The notes under the pieces were generated by a model, which worked only from the letters and a program-made list of their open reading frames with translations, was not told the DNA's origin and did not search any database. From Lates japonicus (taxonomy: Eukaryota), in contig BRZM01000010.1 in the NCBI GenBank assembly GCA_033238685.1, positions 3,760,405 to 3,824,404 on the forward strand: DNA of 64,000 bases, read 5' to 3'. Shown here piece after piece: positions 59,466 to 64,000 of the stretch. The position numbers were made by a program, and so were the translations under genes. Every line of letters starts with the position of its first letter. The first letter of the stretch is position 1.

Positions 59466-59628
59466 GGATGGTGTCACAGTGCCAATGGGGCCTGGGGTGA
59501 AGACGGGGGTGGGTAAAAACAGCGGTTACTCCCTCCTCTACAATGAGTTCATCGTTTACAACCCTGCCCAGACCCGCATGAGGTACCTGCTTCGGATCAA
59601 GTTCAACTACTCTTCACTGTGGTGAGGC
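59466..59628 (+). CDS. parp2: parp2 terminal exon (catalytic Glu in YNEF: DGVTVPMGPGVKTGVGKNSGYSLLYNEFIVYNPAQTRMRYLLRIKFNYSSLW; stop 59626-59628)
   Basis: Aligns to human NGSTVPLGPASDTGILNPDGYTLNYNEYIVYNPNQVRMRYLLKVQFNFLQLW. Acceptor tctatctcag. Confidence 0.9.
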
Positions 59629-59783
59629 TGTACAGAAACTGCAGTTTATCAGGGGGTTTTTCTTTCCACAAAGCAGGGATGATATATCACTTACTCATTC
59701 TTCATATACAGGTAGATACTGTTAAGCTCTCATTTTTGGTCATAGGCTGTTAAACCTGAAAACACTGGTTTTACTGGGTGGAT

Positions 59784-59789
59784 AATAAA
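59784..59789 (+). terminator. AATAAA poly(A) signal, probable parp2 3' end
   Basis: ggatAATAAAaacg lies ~155 nt after the stop codon. Confidence 0.45.
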
Positions 59790-60611
59790 AACGTTTACTT
59801 TCTCAGTGAGATATGACAGAAAATTAATCAACAACTTTTAGACATTTTTCAACAAAATGCCAAATTTTTTTTGATTGCAGCCTCTCGAATGTGAGTATTT
59901 GTTGGTTTTCTTTTTCATATCTGATATCAAACTGACTGTCTTTTAGATTTAAACTGTTGGTCACGTAAAACAAGCAATTTTTATACATTACACTAGGCTG
60001 TTGACGCCCTACAGATATGTTAACAGTCTGTGTTTGGCAGATTCAAAGTTTATACATCTCACCCAATGTGTAAATGGTCATGTGAGTATATAATTCAAGT
60101 TATAAAAACACCAACAAAACTGTTTCTACTTTTTCTAAAAGGTGAGGATGGATCTATGTGATATGAAGAAAATACGCACAACATTGAGCACTACTTTTTT
60201 CTATTTTGCTTTATATTGCGAATGTCCTCTTATCAATATAAGGTGTATTCCATGTTGCATTTTGGTTTTCTGCTTTGGTGCTTTATGTGGCACAAACAAA
60301 ATGAGTTTTTAGGAATGTGTCTTAAAAAAATAATAAATTGATTATTTTTTGTTCCAATAGTTGCTGGGTCAGATGGGGTAACATGCAATCCAAAACAACT
60401 AATTCAGTACAAAAATGTCTTATATTATTTTTTATTTATGTAAAAACTGAGACAAAGACAAGATCATTCAGAGTTTTGTCACTTAAAACAGGATTCAGAT
60501 ACATTATATACAGTGCATGGTGATAATAATAATGATAATAAAGGACATTTTCATTATTGGTACATTTTGTCTGTCTGTGTGTGCGTGTACATGTTAGTTG
60601 TGTGTACAGTT

Positions 60612-60746
60612 TCACCTCCTCCCCAGCAGGTAGAGGAAGATGAGGACTATGTCGAGGTAGATCATGAGAGCAGCGTTGATGTATTCCTCAGGATCCAGGC
60701 GGAAGCTCATCATCCCCATCATCAGCTGACAGTCGATCATCAGAAA
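60612..60746 (-). CDS. grina-like: GRINA/TMBIM3-like terminal exon (FLMIDCQLMMGMMSFRLDPEEYINAALMIYLDIVLIFLYLLGRR; stop at 60612-60614)
   Basis: Aligns to human GRINA [49 protein letters not shown]. Acceptor ctgtctcag. Confidence 0.8.
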   Translation of the reverse strand, partial: FLMIDCQLMMGMMSFRLDPEEYINAALMIYLDIVLIFLYLLGRR

Positions 60747-61631
60747 CTGAGACAGGGAGGGAGAGGAGGAGACGATGATTTAGGACAGGGTGAGAGATTA
60801 CCACCAGATAACTGCTAGTTAACGCTGACATATTTTAACACACTGCAGTAGGAGAAGTACAGTTGTCAATAATAGATTTAATGATGGCTAAAGTCTGGTA
60901 TCAATAAAATGGATGTTTCTGGTTTAACAAAAAGGATCTTACTCTTTAACAAGAAAGTGTATCTCTGTAGGAATCTTGTCACTTTAGTGGATGTACTGCA
61001 GTTGTTTAGCTGTTCTGGGTTCACCACTCTTGCTCAAATGTGGACCAATTGCAAGGATTTTTGTCCCTATCAGTCATTTACACCCATGGTAAAATAAGGC
61101 CCAGGTTTAAAAATACCTTAGTCGTCACAGTCAGTTAATCACATGGTTAAATTTTTAAAAGGGTATCGTAAATGAAGTGAAACTGTGCTTTGACATCAGA
61201 GTCAACCTCACACTGAACTTCCTTTTCTCACAAAGGAACAAGCTTTGGCACCCCCAGACCACTGGGACTTCAGTGTGAGGGCAGTAACTGTAAAGCTTAA
61301 TAAGCACTAAATTCAGTTCCCTTCTTCTTTTTCTTGCCTGTCATTGACAGTAAAATCACTCATAACTGTTTCTCCTACCCCTGACCCTAAAGGATAAGCA
61401 GTATAGATAGAGGATGGATGGATTTTTATCCTAGCTACAGTGGTTCTAAACTACTCTTAAAGGCCAAGTGTAAATTGTAGCCAAAAAAAAGTCAGGACAA
61501 CAAAAATGCCTGTATTTTGTATGAATGTGTTCCTTCTGTTTTATCATAAGGGAAGTCCAGTTTAGGTGTTTGTACATCCCTTTAGATAGTAGTAGTATTA
61601 TTATGATATTTGTTGTTGTTCTTCCCCATAC

Positions 61632-61775
61632 CAGTGAATACAGCAGAGCTCCCAGACATCCGTAAGCGATATCAGTGATGTAGGAGTAGTAGAAGGTGCA
61701 GAAGAACCCAAACATGATCAGATCCATGGCCAGAACCAGAAGAATACCATAAAAAATAGTGAAATCATAACGAGT
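61632..61775 (-). CDS. grina-like: GRINA/TMBIM3-like exon (TRYDFTIFYGILLVLAMDLIMFGFFCTFYYSYITDIAYGCLGALLYSL)
   Basis: Aligns to human GRINA [30 protein letters not shown]...EIVYASLGALLFTC. Bounded by acceptor ttttgcag and donor CTG|GTATGG. Confidence 0.85.
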
Positions 61776-61912
61776 CTGCAAAATAACACAGAAAAAACAG
61801 AGTTTGAGTGCCATAACTTCAAAACTGATACATAAGGCAGCTGAAAAGTCTGCACATTACCGATCTATCATCATGATAGGTTTACACAGGAGACATTTTC
61901 AGCTCGACTAAC

Positions 61913-62041
61913 CTGTGCTGAGAAAGCGATGATTGCCAGAGAAATAGCCAGCGTTGCTCCCATAGTAATGACCACAGCAGTGGTGTTGTGGAAGGAGGCA
62001 ATGGTTCCCACCATGTACGACAAACTCAGGGTTACCACAAC
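61913..62041 (-). CDS. grina-like: GRINA/TMBIM3-like exon (VVVTLSLSYMVGTIASFHNTTAVVITMGATLAISLAIIAFSAQ)
   Basis: Aligns to human GRINA [47 protein letters not shown]. Bounded by acceptor gcctacag and donor CAG|GTTAGT. Confidence 0.9.
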
Positions 62042-62706
62042 CTGTAGGCACAAAGTTAAGTGTATTAAACATCACCATATCATTTGAACATGCCTCTGAT
62101 ATGACCCATGTCATTTATGTTTTAAGTAATTATAGTCTTCACTGAAAACCACATCCAGGTACAGTTTGAAGTGTTTGTGCCATGTTCTGCACAATATATT
62201 TCCAAAACAGGAAGAGTCTGTCTTACTTTTAACATACTGACAAAAGCTCAGCGGCTCAGTGTGAATATGTGGCCCTGTGGTAGGAGGAAGGTTTTCATTT
62301 GGAAATAATAAAACTACTAAATAATGTACCAGCTTCTCTCAAATCCATTTAGATGTCTAAGAGAGGTCTAAATGTTGAGCAAAACCAAGCAGTGAGATTG
62401 GCCAAAATGCCTTAGCATTGCTACTTTTATGTCCTGACTGTGCTGGAATAGATGCTTTTCATGTACAGATATTTTTTTTATAAAGAAGGTGTAATACTTT
62501 TACTCCCACTTGGGTGTTTTTTTTCCCCAGAACTTTATTGAGCAACATTTATCTGTGACAGGGGCATGTCTACTTGACCAGCATATTTCACTTCTCTTTC
62601 CACGATGTGACTGTGTGAAGTGACAGTTTTCACATCAAATATATTTTTAAAGTTCAAAGTTATTTTTATTATTATTATTTTTGTGGCTCTTGTATTTCTA
62701 ACCCAC

Positions 62707-62907
62707 CAGTCCCACAATGTTCCAGGGGTGACGGCGGCTGAAGGACTTGCAGTAGCTGAGGGTGATGGCGACCACAGCAAAGATGATGAAGGAGCTGATG
62801 TAGGCCCACAGGTTGATATGCACCGCCTTTTTGACCACAGTGGAGAAGGTGAACACACACACTACACTGAAGGTGAACAGCAACTGGAGTGTCAGGATGC
62901 TGAACAC
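62707..62907 (-). CDS. grina-like: GRINA/TMBIM3-like exon (VFSILTLQLLFTFSVVCVFTFSTVVKKAVHINLWAYISSFIIFAVVAITLSYCKSFSRRHPWNIVGL)
   Basis: Aligns to human GRINA [67 protein letters not shown]. Bounded by acceptor cctgtgcag and donor CTG|GTGGGT. Confidence 0.9.
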
Positions 62908-63146
62908 CTGCACAGGGGGAGAAAAATTATTTTAATAATTTTTTGGTGCAGAAATATTATTCTGTTAATCACATTACAATCCCTGAAATTTCTCCGGCAA
63001 CCTCGAGGAGGTTCCCGACCCCAGGTTGGGAAATTCTGAATACTGAATACTGTTCATCAGTATTCACAAAGATTATTTGTCATTGGTCAGAGTTTGATTT
63101 TTGAATAAATGCAGATATTCCTTAAATCAGTGGCCAGACTACAAAC

Positions 63147-63437
63147 CTTTCTAACAAACCCTCTTCTCACTGTCTTGTCGTCAAAAGATGACGAGGCTGT
63201 GAGGGGAGTCGTATCTGACTGGGCGTCTGGGATAATGTCACGAAACGACTCATATCCAGTGCAAGGCTGATGGATGCAAGTTGTCTCAGTTTTGGGTGGA
63301 GAGTACATATCTGGGGTTGCAGAGTAGGGTGGAGGTTGCTGCCCATGGTAGGGGTACGCTGGTGGTGGTGAGGACATATCAGAGCCAGCAGCGTCCTGTG
63401 CCTCTTTGGATGTGATGGGGTCAGCTGTATCTGACAT
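63147..63437 (-). CDS. grina-like: GRINA/TMBIM3-like coding exon 1 (Pro/Tyr-rich N-terminus MSDTADPITSKEAQDAAGSDMSSPPPAYPYHGQQPPPYSATPDMYSPP...SSFDDKTVRRGFVRK)
   Basis: ATG at 63437. Donor AAG|GTTTGT at 63147. FDDKTVRRGFVRKV matches the TMBIM-family junction (WDDKSIRQAFIRKV in GRINA). PPxY motifs are present. Confidence 0.8.
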
Positions 63438-64000
63438 TGTGGTGGGAAATGGGGACCAAAGACAATGTTCAGTCAGTCAAAGGTGATGGATACATAATGT
63501 AGAGAAACGGAACTGGGTAGTTCCTGGTTTACGTAACTGTGGGTAGGGCTGCAACTTCTTGTTACAAAACCCACGGAAATTCAGTTATTAAACAGAGAAA
63601 AGCAGGTAACTCTCAGATTGGAGAAGCTGGGGTAAGAGAATATTTGGCAATTATTGCTTGGTTAAATTTACTTTTACAATTAAATGATTATCAAAATTCT
63701 CATTTTCTCTTGATTAGTTCAACAACTAATGGTTACAGCTCTAATTACAGTAAATATATGATTTGCTCATTAACTTTGTTACCTGAACCACTGACAAGGT
63801 AGTTCCCACTGGTGCATTTTGGCCAGTGTTTTTAATGCCCTATAAGGCTGGAAATTGTGAGACCATGTTGAAGATTCATTCAGTCACTAATGGTCAAACG
63901 CTGGCAAGAAAAGAAACTAGAGGGAGAACAAAAGAGCTGGAGTTTCCTGCCTTTTATTGTCAGTTTAACATTTTCAGTGACCACCCTACCAGCATGTACA

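Noticed and set aside
60513-60818. Plus-strand ORF 60513..60818 (His/Asp/Gly-rich)
   Set aside because: It is antisense to the grina-like terminal exon. The minus-strand frame gives the conserved TMBIM C-terminus.
1-64000. Prokaryotic-style features (CRISPR arrays, operons, defence islands, terminators)
   Set aside because: The sequence is unmistakably vertebrate nuclear DNA: spliceosomal introns with GT-AG boundaries, CpG islands, AATAAA signals, microsatellites, and genes orthologous to human 14q11.2. No direct-repeat/spacer arrays or dense co-oriented short ORF clusters were seen.

Overview
This window is vertebrate nuclear DNA, almost certainly from a teleost fish. It contains spliced multi-exon genes with short introns, CpG-island promoters, AATAAA poly(A) signals, microsatellites and interspersed transposon debris. 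There are no prokaryotic features (no CRISPR arrays or operons). I identified the genes by aligning the six-frame ORFs to well-known protein families from memory, and built gene models from GT/GC-AG splice signals and reading-phase continuity. I identified seven protein-coding genes. (1) 8205..9089 + : a single-coding-exon MYADM-like protein with multiple MARVEL domains. (2) ~20012..26281 - : nfatc4, with 11 coding exons resolved; an uncertain 5' exon lies in a CpG island at ~31.2-31.5 kb. (3) 39478..41915 + : ltb4r (leukotriene B4 receptor, a class A GPCR), split into 3 coding exons. (4) 46397..48694 + : sdr39u1, 6 coding exons. (5) 49329..53479 - : mettl17, at least 13 coding exons. (6) 54044..59628 + : parp2, 17 coding exons, head-to-head with mettl17. 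(7) 60612..63437 - : a GRINA/TMBIM3-like gene, 5 coding exons. ltb4r, nfatc4, sdr39u1, mettl17 and parp2 are all human 14q11.2 genes, so this is a conserved but rearranged synteny block. Nothing in this window qualifies as an entirely novel biological system. The most interesting items are a WWE (poly-ADP-ribose-binding) domain exon spliced in-frame into the N-terminus of PARP2; a frame-breaking C9 homopolymer at the ltb4r start codon; nfatc4 intron gain (85-nt and GC-AG introns); a 2-nt frame disruption of the conserved EFKLVF motif in the putative nfatc4 exon 1; a mettl17/parp2 bidirectional promoter; and orphan first-exon-like CpG segments. Exon coordinates were derived by hand and may be off by 1-2 nt.
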